The notes under the pieces: generated by a model
The model's input: the letters and a program-made list of their open reading frames with translations, nothing else
Databases searched by the model: none
Told to the model about the DNA's origin: nothing
Assembly: GCA_043736905.1 (NCBI GenBank)
Contig: JAYTBQ010000011.1
Span: forward strand, 1 to 45,152
Origin: Minisyncoccota bacterium
GTDB taxonomy: Bacteria > Patescibacteriota > Minisyncoccia > Phycocordibacterales > UBA5272
DNA length: 45,152 nt
Direction of reading: 5' to 3'
Translations under genes and position numbers: made by a program
In this document: positions 28,549 through 36,925 of the stretch, piece by piece
Numbering within the stretch: position 1 is the first letter of the stretch
Layout: the number at the start of each line of letters is the position of its first letter

Positions 28549-29587
28549 AGTTATGTGCTGTAATCCATTTTGGACTATCTATTGATAAGGGAACGTTATA
28601 GGAATAATTAATAAAGTGCTTTTCAATAAAATTTTTTGCGGGAGCATTTTTTGGAGTTGCTTCATAATCAATCGTTAATGTAGTAACCCCTGACAATTTT
28701 GCTTCTCGTAACAGTTCTGCAAAAAATGCTTCTTCAACATCTCTACCGAAAACCCTGCAACTCATAAGCAGAGATGAGATGTGCCAGGAAGTTTTACTTT
28801 TCTCAATTACAGAAAAAATAATAACTCCGTAATCTCCAAATATGTCATGCAATTTACCGTAATAAACTGAATGGGTCCTACTTTCTATTAACATAGCAAT
28901 ATCATTCTCAGAAAGAGGGTTTTTTGCTATATTAAATTGATTAGTTTTTTCTGTCAGCTGAGCAAGTCTAGCAAGACATGTGTCGTCATCTTTACGCACA
29001 ACTAACTCTAGCGAAAGTGACGCGAGAAAATCTTCTTTGGTTGAGCAAGTCTTTTCAACCTCTTTACGAAGTCGCTCTGTCACATAAAGATTTCCCCTCA
29101 TTTGATCTTCATCAGTAATAACTGTTGTTTCAAAATAAGTAAGAGTGTTAAAAAACTTTGTATACTCTTTTGGATCTTTTGGAAGTTCAGGAACAGCAAC
29201 CTCTGGATGAAGAGTTCGAACAAGTTCTCTATTTGTCTCATCATCATCAAGAAAGACAATTGAATCAATTCCAATATTTAATTCTTGAGCAATCTCTTTA
29301 ATATTTTCAGCTTTATCTTTCCAATTGATACGAAAAGCAGCAAAATGGTGCTCTTTCAAAATCATGTTAGGATGTCTTCTTATCACAGAAAAGGCATCCT
29401 CTTCGTTGTTTCTACTATTTATTGCCAAAATTACACCTTTATTATGGACGTCCAAAATAGCTTGTTGGAAAGCGATAAAACTATTTCCTGGAGAACTAAG
29501 ACCAAGATGGATACCCTCGAATCCATCCTCTCCAACAACGCCACCCCATAATGTATTATCCAGATCAAGTACAAGACATTTCTTCAT
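28535..29587 (-). CDS. FkbH-like protein (HAD superfamily subfamily IIIC phosphatase + C-terminal acyltransferase-like domain)
   Basis: 350 aa. LVLDLDNTLWGG (DxDxT), LAINSRNNEEDA, VFLDDDETN, C-terminal LLMSCRVFGRDVEEAF. Confidence 0.85.
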   Translation of the reverse strand: MKKCLVLDLDNTLWGGVVGEDGFEGIHLGLSSPGNSFIAFQQAILDVHNKGVILAINSRNNEEDAFSVIRRHPNMILKEHHFAAFRINWKDKAENIKEIAQELNIGIDSIVFLDDDETNRELVRTLHPEVAVPELPKDPKEYTKFFNTLTYFETTVITDEDQMRGNLYVTERLRKEVEKTCSTKEDFLASLSLELVVRKDDDTCLARLAQLTEKTNQFNIAKNPLSENDIAMLIESRTHSVYYGKLHDIFGDYGVIIFSVIEKSKTSWHISSLLMSCRVFGRDVEEAFFAELLREAKLSGVTTLTIDYEATPKNAPAKNFIEKHFINYSYNVPLSIDSPKWITAHNYENI

Positions 29588-29609
29588 TATTCAGATAGTA
29601 ACGCAAAAA

Positions 29610-29966
29610 TTACCCGATAGCAATGGCGATAGCTATATCATTTGTATGAGTTATTGAAATTGAAACAGGAAGAGCTGTTCCGTTCTGACAAGCATAAGGA
29701 GCTCCTTCTTTTGTGTGACATATCTCAATGGAGATTACAGGAAATAATGTAGTCCCGAGAGCCTTGCTTACAGCCTCTTTAGCAGCATATGTTCCAGCAA
29801 AATGAACATCACTTTTTTTAAACGACGAAGAATATTCTATTTCGGAATCCATGAAAAGCTTCTTCATTGCATGAAGATTCCCAGAGGAAATAATTTTTTT
29901 TACTCTTTTTATAGTAACTGCATCAATTCCTACTTTTGGTATTTTTTTGCTAATGTGTAAAGACAT
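29610..29966 (-). CDS. acpS: holo-[acyl-carrier-protein] synthase (AcpS-type 4'-phosphopantetheinyl transferase)
   Basis: 118 aa. VGIDAVTIKRV, FAGTYAAKEAVSKALGT, ISITHT. Confidence 0.85.
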   Translation of the reverse strand: MSLHISKKIPKVGIDAVTIKRVKKIISSGNLHAMKKLFMDSEIEYSSSFKKSDVHFAGTYAAKEAVSKALGTTLFPVISIEICHTKEGAPYACQNGTALPVSISITHTNDIAIAIAIG

Positions 29967-30075
29967 ACTACAGATATTTACTCATAATGATACTTTTTTT
30001 GAAATTGATATGCAAACTAACTCATAATATATATTTATTTTAATAACAACAGTATGAAAATTTATAAAATACTTG

Positions 30076-30081
30076 TATAAT
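30076..30081 (+). promoter_or_regulatory. putative -10 box TATAAT 13 nt upstream of gmd ATG
   Basis: acttgTATAATaaaatgactttctATG in the divergent intergenic region 29967-30094. No SD motif. Confidence 0.3.
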
Positions 30082-30094
30082 AAAATGACTTTCT

Positions 30095-31162
30095 ATGAAA
30101 AAAGCTTTAATTACTGGGATTACTGGACAAGACGGAGCATACCTTGCAAAATTTCTTCTTAGTATAGGATATGAAGTACATGGGATAAAGAGAAGGACTT
30201 CTCTTTTTAATACTGCTCGTATCGATGACATTTATGAGGACAAGCACAATAGTCCCCGGTTTGTTCTTCACTATGGTGATCTTACTGACACGAGTAGTCT
30301 TATTCACATTGTTCAACAAGTTCAGCCCGATGAAATTTATAACCTTGGAGCTCAATCACATGTAAAAGTCTCATTTGAGAACCCAGAATATACTGCTGAT
30401 GTGGATGCTCTTGGTGTCCTTCGTCTCCTTGAAGCAATTAGAATATGTGGACTTGAAAAGAAAACAAAATTCTATCAAGCCTCATCCTCAGAAATGTTTG
30501 GTAAGGTTGCTGACATACCACAACATGAACTTACTCCCTTTCATCCTCGTAGCCCTTACGGTGTTGCTAAACTTTTTGGCTATTGGATTGTAAAAAACTA
30601 TAGAGAGAGCTACGGTATGTTTGCGGCGAATGGCATCTTATTTAATCACGAAAGTCCTCATCGTGGAGAGACCTTTGTCACAAGAAAAATAACACGTGCT
30701 GTTGCTCGTATTCACCATGATCTTGAAGAGATGTTATATCTCGGCAACCTTGATGCGAAGAGAGACTGGGGTCATGCAAAAGATTATGTTGAAGCAATGT
30801 GGAAGATTCTACAGCACGATACGCCGGATGATTTTGTTATTGCCACAGGAGAACAACATAGTGTCCGAGACTTTGTAAGTTGGGCATTTGAACATGTCGG
30901 ACGAACACTTGAATGGAAACATTCTGGAATTGACGAAGTGGGTACCGAAAAGGCAACAGGAATTATACGAGTTCGAGTAGATAGTGTCTACTATAGGCCT
31001 GCGGAAGTTGAAACACTTCTTGGTGAAGCAAAAAAGGCAAGAGAAGCTCTTAAGTGGGATCCTCAGATTAGTACTCAGGACCTGATGAAAGAAATGCTGG
31101 AGAATGATCTACAGATAGCTGAGCGAGAAAAATATCTTAAGAACGGTGGATTTAAAGCATAA
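30095..31162 (+). CDS. gmd: GDP-mannose 4,6-dehydratase (or GDP-heptose 4,6-dehydratase, DmhA-like)
   Basis: 355 aa. [68 protein letters not shown]. Confidence 0.92.
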   Translation: MKKALITGITGQDGAYLAKFLLSIGYEVHGIKRRTSLFNTARIDDIYEDKHNSPRFVLHYGDLTDTSSLIHIVQQVQPDEIYNLGAQSHVKVSFENPEYTADVDALGVLRLLEAIRICGLEKKTKFYQASSSEMFGKVADIPQHELTPFHPRSPYGVAKLFGYWIVKNYRESYGMFAANGILFNHESPHRGETFVTRKITRAVARIHHDLEEMLYLGNLDAKRDWGHAKDYVEAMWKILQHDTPDDFVIATGEQHSVRDFVSWAFEHVGRTLEWKHSGIDEVGTEKATGIIRVRVDSVYYRPAEVETLLGEAKKAREALKWDPQISTQDLMKEMLENDLQIAEREKYLKNGGFKA

Positions 31163-31189
31163 TCTACCACATTACTATTACACAACATC

Positions 31190-32140
31190 ATGAAAAAAGA
31201 TTCTCTCATTTTTGTTACAGGACATAGAGGTCTCGTTGGTAGTGCTATAGTGAGAAATTTACTCCAACGAGGGTTTACTAATGTTGTTACAAAATCACGT
31301 ACTGAACTTGATCTTACCAGTCAGAGTCAAGTGCAGTCATTTTTTCAAGACACTAAACCTGAATATGTTTTCTTGGCAGCGGGAAAAGTTGGTGGCATTA
31401 TCGGTAACAAAAAAAGCCCAGCTGATTTTATCTACGAAAATTTACTTATGACTGCGAATGTCATTCACACAGCACACACTAACAAAGTAACAAAGCTGCT
31501 TTTCCTTGGTTCATCATGCATTTACCCAAAATTTGCACAGCAACCAATCACTGAATCAGAGCTCTTAAGGGGTGAACTTGAACCAACCAATGAGTACTAT
31601 GCCATCGCAAAAATAGCAGGAATCAAACTATGTGAATCATACCGTAAACAGTATGGTGATAATTTTATTTCTGTAATGCCAACTAACTTATACGGCCCAG
31701 GTGACAATTATCATCCAGAAAATTCACATGTACTTCCGGCAATGCTACGACGTTTCCATGAAGCGAAGCAGGCCGATCTTCCGACTGTGACCATCTGGGG
31801 AACTGGATCTCCAAAAAGAGAGTTTCTGCATGTTGATGACCTAGCAGATGCATGTATAAGAATGATGGAAACATATAATGAAGATACACATATCAATATT
31901 GGAACGGGAGAAGATGTTAGTATTAAAGAACTTGCAGAGGCTATCAAGAAAGTCGTCGGATACGATGGTGAAATCATTTTTGATACATCTAAACCTGACG
32001 GAACCCCTCGCAAACTTCTTGATGTTTCGAAATTACATAACCTTGGTTGGAAGCACACAATTTCACTAGACGAAGGAATTAAAAAAACATATCTGGCCTT
32101 TCTTGAGGAACTCGAATCAGGAAAACTTAGAGAAAAGTAA
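31190..32140 (+). CDS. fcl: GDP-L-fucose synthase (GDP-4-keto-6-deoxy-D-mannose 3,5-epimerase/4-reductase)
   Basis: 316 aa. [42 protein letters not shown]. Confidence 0.9.
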   Translation: MKKDSLIFVTGHRGLVGSAIVRNLLQRGFTNVVTKSRTELDLTSQSQVQSFFQDTKPEYVFLAAGKVGGIIGNKKSPADFIYENLLMTANVIHTAHTNKVTKLLFLGSSCIYPKFAQQPITESELLRGELEPTNEYYAIAKIAGIKLCESYRKQYGDNFISVMPTNLYGPGDNYHPENSHVLPAMLRRFHEAKQADLPTVTIWGTGSPKREFLHVDDLADACIRMMETYNEDTHINIGTGEDVSIKELAEAIKKVVGYDGEIIFDTSKPDGTPRKLLDVSKLHNLGWKHTISLDEGIKKTYLAFLEELESGKLREK

Positions 32141-32162
32141 CTTCATTTTTTAACACTGTTTT

Positions 32163-33488
32163 CTATTTTCCAAATAGTGATTTAAAAAAACTAGCAAGTC
32201 TAATATCCTTTTTTTGACTATGACTCGTCTGTGTTGAAGTAGCTATGACTTTTGTTTTTTGTTGTATGACTTCTTTTACAACAGGCTGCTTTGTTGCTAC
32301 GTTTTGCTTAATTTTTAACGGTGTAAATTTTGTGATACTTTTTACAGTGTCTTTTGTACTACTAGGTACTATTTCTGTAGTGGTTCCTTGAATAATTCGT
32401 ATCACTTCTTCCATTGTAGGAAATAGTAATTTAATGACGGTACTCGTTGAAATTGTAGTACTTGCAAACCCCATAGCAATTCCAGAAAAATGCGTAGTGC
32501 CAGACCCTAGTAGAGTATTTTTTGGGAATGAAAAAAGTGCTCCATCAAGAGACAGTTTCCAGCCAGAAATTTCTAAATCGTAACTATTTGGGTTGGTAAT
32601 GTCAATAAAGTTTCCATACTTCCCTTGCTCGATTGGAGCGATTGCAATATCTGGAGCAACAACGTTAACAATCATTCTTCCAGTTCCAAGTACAAGACCA
32701 TTACCTCCTTCAATCTGAAGAATATACCTTCCTGGGTACAAATATCTGTATAATGTTGTACTTCCTGTCCCCTGACCCCCTTCACCAAATGACCACAGAT
32801 AGGACATATTTTCTAAAGGTTTACCTGCTCGAGTCATCCCTTGTGTAGAAAATAAAGCAGGAGCTCCAGCTACCACTGTCTTTTCAAAAGGAAGGAATAA
32901 AACTATATCTGCTGAAGGCGAAGACATTTGTGAAAGAGTCACCTGATTTCCTGATTGAATAGTTGTTGTTGATGTAGAGTCAGTTCCCGAAGTTGACCTC
33001 ACATTTTCCGCTCCAGGTGTAGGAACACCTGTCACAAAGACACCCTCTATGAGTGAATACGTGCTTCCTTCCTTTGCTGCCGTATACGAGGGAATACTGT
33101 CAGTCACAGAGCCTTGTAGATTGAGACTAATTGAAGTGATGCCTGCATTAACAAGACTGATGGAACTCTTTAAAAGTAGCCCATTGTAGCTAGGATAATC
33201 AAGTAAAAATTTTGTCTGTCCGGAAACTGTTGAAGCTATAATTCCAAAAGAATGAGGGGTAAGTGTAGTCCCCCCTGATACTGGTGTTGTAACAATATGA
33301 GCTCCACCCTTAATCGACACCGTCACCCCAGAAATATCAATATCACTATCTGTAGGATTATATACCTCAATCCATTCACGACCACCATCATCCCCTATTG
33401 GATTAGACATTACTTCACTAAGTACTAAAGCATACGAAAAAAAGAATGAATTAATTATGAGAAGTGAAATAATGATAATGCTTCTCAT
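32163..33488 (-). CDS. secreted/anchored protein with lamin-tail (LTD) domains and a PKD-like domain
   Basis: N-terminal signal/anchor (IIIISLLIINSFFF). LTD motif EVMSNPIGDDGGREWIEVYNPT. PKD-like YLWSFGEGGQGTG...YPGRYILQIEG. Second LTD-like stretch NFIDITNPNSYDLEISGWKL. ATG 33488 is preferred over TTG 33494. Confidence 0.7.
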   Translation of the reverse strand: MRSIIIISLLIINSFFFSYALVLSEVMSNPIGDDGGREWIEVYNPTDSDIDISGVTVSIKGGAHIVTTPVSGGTTLTPHSFGIIASTVSGQTKFLLDYPSYNGLLLKSSISLVNAGITSISLNLQGSVTDSIPSYTAAKEGSTYSLIEGVFVTGVPTPGAENVRSTSGTDSTSTTTIQSGNQVTLSQMSSPSADIVLFLPFEKTVVAGAPALFSTQGMTRAGKPLENMSYLWSFGEGGQGTGSTTLYRYLYPGRYILQIEGGNGLVLGTGRMIVNVVAPDIAIAPIEQGKYGNFIDITNPNSYDLEISGWKLSLDGALFSFPKNTLLGSGTTHFSGIAMGFASTTISTSTVIKLLFPTMEEVIRIIQGTTTEIVPSSTKDTVKSITKFTPLKIKQNVATKQPVVKEVIQQKTKVIATSTQTSHSQKKDIRLASFFKSLFGK

Positions 33489-33494
33489 ACTCAA

Positions 33495-35366
33495 TTATTG
33501 ATCCTCAATTAACTTACGAAGAACATCTTCATCCACCTCCTTACGAACCTTAAGTTCGCGTTCTTCTCTTTCTAGTTTCTCTCCCCCATGATCGTGCATT
33601 GCTTTTGCAAGTGCATCCTTTAAGGACATTGCGGGCTTGTCATCAAATGTTGGGACAGACATGCCTTTTAGAAGACTTTCCTCCTTACTATCTCTTTCAT
33701 CTTGATGTGGTACGGAATATTGATCTACCTGCCTATGTATTACTTGTGGTGGCTTATGGAACTGTTCTTCTATTTTTCTGTTATCGGAATAAACACTGTC
33801 TCGCTCTGATTCTCTCCTAACAGGTTCCTCACGTCGTGGTTCCATCCTTTTCGGCGGGAGCGGTGTATCATTAGTTATCTTTCTCACCCTCAAATCTCGC
33901 TGCTCACGAGCTGGTTGTTGTGGTTGGCGATTAGTGTCCCTATTGTTAGAATATGGCTGCTGGTAGGCAGGTTTTGGCTGTTGTTGGTATGTTTTTTGCT
34001 CTATCTGTGGCTGAGAATATGCTTGTGGTGATATAGGATCCTTTTTCTTCTCTTCTTTTTGAATAGGTAGATAGAATGTGGCAATTTCTTCCTCGACAAC
34101 AAAACGGGGCTTTGCATATTCATTTCGTGTGTGAGTGATAACAGACTTAGCAAATGAGTGTGCAGGTTTTTGAATTGGGTCAAGGGTATGTGCAGAAAAA
34201 GGATTAGACCCAACCCCGTCAATCATAAGACGAAGATAAATTTGGTGTGCGGATAAGTTAACAAAATCATCCATAATAAAATATGGTGCAAATTCCTTTT
34301 CAAAGACTTCGGCGTCAGTTGCTCCAATACGAAATACTATCATTGTCCCTACGTTACCAAATACTGCCGACTTTACTTCATCGGTCATCTGCTCAACATA
34401 TTGATGAGCAACAGTAAGAGCCAACTTGTACTTACGAGCTTCTGAAAGAATACTTGCAAATGACTCGTTAGCAAAGTTCTGGAATTCGTCCACGTAGAAA
34501 TAAAAAGGTGGCAACTTCTCTGCAGCATATGGATCAATATCAGCACGTGACATTGCTGCTAGATAAATTTTGGTAATAAGAAGTGACCCAAGGAGGTTTG
34601 CATTTCCTTCACCAACTTTTCCTTTTGAAAGGTTAATGATAAGAATCTTTTTATTATCCATGAGCTCACGAATATTAAAAGATGTCTTCTGCTGGCCAAT
34701 GATATTTCTAATAAGTGGATTAGAAACAAACTGTCCAATCTTGTTCTGAATTCCTGGAGCAAGTTCTTGTGTTGTCTTCTCAGTATAGTTAGCATACTCG
34801 TTCATCCAAAAATCCTTTACTGTCGGATCAGTAACGTTGGCTACAATCTTCTTTCGATACTCTTTATCGAAAAGCATACGGTTAATACCAAGCAATGTCT
34901 GATTATCATTTTCAAGAAGCGCAAGAATGATGTAGTTAAGAACATACTCCATACGAGCACTAAAGGTTGCCTTACCGTCACCGTCAACAAAAATTTTCTT
35001 AAACGCCGACATCAAGCCATTTGCCACCAAATATCTCTTATCTGCTGGAACTTTTTCAAGCACATTAAGTCCAATAGGGTGATCATTATCAGATGGGGAA
35101 AAATATACCACATCTTTAATTCGAGACTCTGGAATATGATCGAGAAGCTTCTCTGCCATCGACCCGTGTGGATCAATAACACACAAACCCTCTCCATTGT
35201 TGATATCTTGAATGGCAAGATTTTCTAGAAGTGTTGACTTACCCATACCTGACTTACCAATTACATAGGTGTGCTTGGTTCTATCATTTTCTCGTATCCC
35301 AAAAGGGAGCTCCTTGTTACGAAAATCAACTTTTCCAATGTAGGTTACTTTTTGTTGATCTGACAT
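33495..35366 (-). CDS. soluble TraD/TraG/VirD4-like (type IV coupling protein-like) P-loop ATPase with long low-complexity C-terminal tail
   Basis: 623 aa from ATG 35366 (MSDQQKV). Walker A VIGKSGMGKST, VIDPHG, Walker B FYFYVDEFQNF, LTVAHQY. No N-terminal TM helices. The last ~170 aa are Q/P/R/E-rich. The 778-aa ORF-track version extends over the 3' end of the upstream gene and is rejected. Confidence 0.7.
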   Translation of the reverse strand: MSDQQKVTYIGKVDFRNKELPFGIRENDRTKHTYVIGKSGMGKSTLLENLAIQDINNGEGLCVIDPHGSMAEKLLDHIPESRIKDVVYFSPSDNDHPIGLNVLEKVPADKRYLVANGLMSAFKKIFVDGDGKATFSARMEYVLNYIILALLENDNQTLLGINRMLFDKEYRKKIVANVTDPTVKDFWMNEYANYTEKTTQELAPGIQNKIGQFVSNPLIRNIIGQQKTSFNIRELMDNKKILIINLSKGKVGEGNANLLGSLLITKIYLAAMSRADIDPYAAEKLPPFYFYVDEFQNFANESFASILSEARKYKLALTVAHQYVEQMTDEVKSAVFGNVGTMIVFRIGATDAEVFEKEFAPYFIMDDFVNLSAHQIYLRLMIDGVGSNPFSAHTLDPIQKPAHSFAKSVITHTRNEYAKPRFVVEEEIATFYLPIQKEEKKKDPISPQAYSQPQIEQKTYQQQPKPAYQQPYSNNRDTNRQPQQPAREQRDLRVRKITNDTPLPPKRMEPRREEPVRRESERDSVYSDNRKIEEQFHKPPQVIHRQVDQYSVPHQDERDSKEESLLKGMSVPTFDDKPAMSLKDALAKAMHDHGGEKLEREERELKVRKEVDEDVLRKLIEDQ

Positions 35367-35375
35367 TATGACGAA

Positions 35376-35381
35376 AGTATA
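35376..35381 (-). promoter_or_regulatory. putative -10 box TATACT 9 nt upstream of ATG 35366
   Basis: The minus strand reads gtTATACTttcgtcataATG. Confidence 0.3.
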
Positions 35382-35420
35382 ACAAACATGTTGGGAAAAA
35401 GTGAACGGAAAAGATGAGAC

Positions 35421-35457
35421 TATAAAATGGTTGAGCCGCGCTTCGTGTGACTCAACC
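35421..35457 (-). terminator. putative intrinsic terminator after the DUF4015-like gene
   Basis: GGTTGAG (35429-35435) pairs with CTCAACC (35451-35457), with further G-U/G-C pairs inside. On the minus strand it is followed by ATTTTATA. It starts 4 nt after the stop at 35461. Confidence 0.4.
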
Positions 35458-35460
35458 AGT

Positions 35461-36663
35461 TTACTCCTTCTTAAGAGCACTCGGTGTATACTTATTTGCT
35501 GGATCCCACAGCATCCATGAAGTAACATTATATTTTTCACCTGCCGTGATTTGTGCTCGAACCATCTCTTTTGTGTACGTTGCCCCCATATCAAAGTCTT
35601 GATACCAAGGGCGAAGCTTGGCAATGAGAGTGCTCGAAGCGAGGATGTCTTGGGTACTTGTTGCGCCTTGTGTAGAACTTGCGGTAGCAATTGCAATAGC
35701 AACAGCTCCTCGAGTAGAGTAATCAATAATTTCTCCTGGATGTGCCGCAGGGTTCTTAATGCCTGCTGTCCCTGCGTAAAAATGTGAAGGGTACACCATG
35801 AGTGCCACATAATCAAAATAGACAAGCGCATCTCCTAAATCCTGACCAAGTGTCTTCGTCTCATTTGCATTCGTTGCAATAATTCCAAAGAGGTCTCCAG
35901 AAATAGGAATACCAAGTGGTGAGAACTCATCATGAAGAAACTTGTAGAATTCTTTTACAATGCCGCGTTTATCTGTAAGACCACGCTCTCCAGAAACAGG
36001 GAATCTCATCGAAGAAAGATTTCCATCAGTAGGAAAACGGATATAATCATAATTAAGTTCATCAAATCCTCGTGCATGTGACTCTTTACCTATTTGTACT
36101 AAATACTCCCACATCGCACGCGACCCAGTATCCACCCACGGTACACCTTTATGATCTTTCCAGATACCTACTTTCTTTATATCGGTTACAGCAAGTTCTG
36201 GATGAAGCTTTACATACAAGGGGTCCTGAAAAGCAGCAATACGTGCGATGACATAAATATTTTTATCATGAAGCTCTTTAATAAGAATGTTCAGGTCTCT
36301 AATTCTCCCATTCCAACTCAGAGTTCCTGTATTATCTTTTACATCAATAACGACTGCATTTAGTTCAGTTGTATCAATAAGTGTAATCAAACGTTCACGC
36401 ACAGACGGTGTACCTGCCACCCATGACGACATATAGATTGCCTTTACATGCTTAGGTGTTGCAATATGAGTAATAACAGGTAAAGATGTTGAGGCAGTTG
36501 ATGTAGCATTAGAACTGTTTTGCACGGTTGATGAAGAGATACTGTCTTTGGTATATGCTTCTTTTCCAAACGTTGTAACTGCAGCAAAAGGAGAAGAAAA
36601 ATCTCCAACAATCCAGAAAATAAAGATAGAGAAGAAAAGTGCAAAAACTACAATTGACTTCAT
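35461..36663 (-). CDS. putative extracytoplasmic glycoside hydrolase, DUF4015/COG1306-like TIM-barrel
   Basis: 400 aa. N-terminal TM helix, Ser/Thr-rich linker, NAVVIDVKDNTG, GFDELNYDYIRFP. Confidence 0.65.
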   Translation of the reverse strand: MKSIVVFALFFSIFIFWIVGDFSSPFAAVTTFGKEAYTKDSISSSTVQNSSNATSTASTSLPVITHIATPKHVKAIYMSSWVAGTPSVRERLITLIDTTELNAVVIDVKDNTGTLSWNGRIRDLNILIKELHDKNIYVIARIAAFQDPLYVKLHPELAVTDIKKVGIWKDHKGVPWVDTGSRAMWEYLVQIGKESHARGFDELNYDYIRFPTDGNLSSMRFPVSGERGLTDKRGIVKEFYKFLHDEFSPLGIPISGDLFGIIATNANETKTLGQDLGDALVYFDYVALMVYPSHFYAGTAGIKNPAAHPGEIIDYSTRGAVAIAIATASSTQGATSTQDILASSTLIAKLRPWYQDFDMGATYTKEMVRAQITAGEKYNVTSWMLWDPANKYTPSALKKE

Positions 36664-36872
36664 GCATTCACTACATGTGTTGCAACTGGACGACTCTCTG
36701 TCTCTTGATGGTGATCACTGTGAACAACCTTTTTACGAAGATCAAGCGTACTTACAAAAAGAAGAATACCTGCAATAATAAAAATAACATCTTTAATAAC
36801 GGTTGGAATAAAAATCCACGGAGAAAGGAGGAGCAGGAAAGAAACAGTTCGTTGAATTCCAAGTGGTGACAT
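36660..36872 (-). CDS. small membrane protein (70 aa), hypothetical
   Basis: Two hydrophobic helices. ATGA overlap with the downstream gene start and a TATACT box upstream. Confidence 0.45.
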   Translation of the reverse strand: MSPLGIQRTVSFLLLLSPWIFIPTVIKDVIFIIAGILLFVSTLDLRKKVVHSDHHQETESRPVATHVVNA

Positions 36873-36881
36873 AATAGGCCC

Positions 36882-36887
36882 AGTATA
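36882..36887 (-). promoter_or_regulatory. putative -10 box TATACT 9 nt upstream of ATG 36872
   Basis: The minus strand reads gactgTATACTgggcctattATG. Confidence 0.3.
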
Positions 36888-36925
36888 CAGTCTTTTTTTA
36901 TAGAATTCCAGTTTTCGGCTGTTTG

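Noticed and set aside
3100-29900. Frequent A8-9/T8-9 homopolymer runs inside glycan genes, considered as possible slipped-strand phase-variation switches. Examples: 3100-3108, ~7749-7757, ~9290-9298, ~10480-10487, ~17353-17360, ~27746-27753.
   Set aside because: They are spread through almost every gene in this AT-rich sequence, including housekeeping-like genes. They encode Lys/Phe runs in frame, and no frameshifted gene is visible. This fits base composition better than contingency loci.
35367-35831. N-terminal 155-aa extension of the ORF-track 778-aa ORF (33495-35831).
   Set aside because: It overlaps the 3' end of the well-supported DUF4015-like gene (35461-36663) in another frame and has junk-like composition. 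The conserved ATPase begins at MSDQQKV (ATG 35366), which has a TATACT box 9 nt upstream.
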